A stretch of 43,605 nucleotides of DNA, from NCBI GenBank assembly GCA_005805045.1, contig SYNW01000032.1, positions 1-43,605 on the forward strand, in the 5' to 3' direction. The notes under the pieces were generated by a model. It saw only the letters and a program-made list of their open reading frames with translations, made no database searches and was not told the DNA's origin. The stretch comes from Actinomycetota bacterium. Its GTDB lineage: Bacteria; Actinomycetota; Acidimicrobiia; Acidimicrobiales; Ilumatobacteraceae. Position 1 is the first letter of the stretch. Each line of letters begins with the position of its first letter. The position numbers were made by a program, and so were the translations under genes. This document shows, piece after piece, positions 43,448 to 43,605 of this stretch.

Positions 43448-43605
43448 ATGAGCCAAGAACAATCACGTCCCCGTCGCGCCGCAGACGAGCGTCGACCATC
43501 TAGTGGTGCGACAAATGTCAACTCGACTTTGTCAATCGTTATCGCTGTACTCGCGATTCTGCTCGGATTTTTTATCCTTCGAGATATTCGCAATGGTCAA
43601 ACTGG
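43448..43605 (+). CDS. Partial CDS (N-terminus only): basic cytoplasmic tail plus one TM helix, unknown function
   Basis: ATG at 43448 opens MSQEQSRPRRAADERRPSSGATNVNSTLSIVIAVLAILLGFFILRDIRNGQT and stays open to the window end. This architecture is seen in cell-envelope-associated proteins, but the fragment is too short to assign. Confidence 0.4.
   Translation, partial: MSQEQSRPRRAADERRPSSGATNVNSTLSIVIAVLAILLGFFILRDIRNGQT

Noticed and set aside
43141-43499. Minus-strand ORFs 43141-43410 and 43263-43499.
   Set aside because: They run antisense through the rlmB 3' end and the tRNA-Thr gene. They are artefacts of the structured, GC-rich tRNA region.
1-43605. Possibility that the window is a mobile or defence island (CRISPR, transposons, integrase next to tRNA-Thr, toxin-antitoxin or phage genes).
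   Set aside because: I saw no repeat-spacer arrays, no transposase, integrase or recombinase-like ORFs, and no terminal inverted repeats. The gene content is housekeeping. Only about 190 nt follow the tRNA, so integration there cannot be judged.

Overview
This 43.6 kb window looks like core chromosome from a compact actinobacterium. That lineage call is an inference from mshA, a GlnR-type orphan regulator, rex, an RsiG-like protein, a Crp/GlxR-like regulator, frequent GTG/TTG starts and 1-4 nt gene overlaps. No database search was possible, so all calls rest on motifs read from the translations and on gene order.

Layout:
- Positions 1-20706 form one uninterrupted minus-strand block. It starts with a seven-gene Rieske/cytochrome b6-type module: small membrane protein, 2x[4Fe-4S] ferredoxin-like protein, cytochrome b6-like, subunit IV-like, Rieske, dihaem cytochrome c, membrane protein. 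This runs after a 5 nt gap into a complete nuoA-N (complex I) operon, followed by a partial split-type transketolase gene.
- Diverging from that block are a membrane-anchored monohaem cytochrome c and a geranylgeranyl/menaquinone reductase-like flavoprotein.
- The middle of the window holds rex with a Rex-operator-like palindrome, a DUF62 SAM hydrolase preceded by a structured leader, proC, and a ybjN-mshA-(rsiG-like)-(moaD/thiS-like) string. It also holds a histidine phosphatase, an MFS transporter and nadE.
- The right part holds a nitrogen cluster (glnII, a glnA2-like GS, glnR) fused directionally to a Cu(I) P1B-ATPase. After it come a sigma/HTH-like protein, dienelactone hydrolase, crp, ispD-ispF-rlmB, tRNA-Thr(UGU) and a partial membrane protein.

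I saw no CRISPR array, transposase, integrase or phage gene.

The most unusual content is the b6c-type module with extra, unassigned subunits. It is co-directional with complex I and shares a 20-residue N-terminal motif with the divergent cytochrome c.
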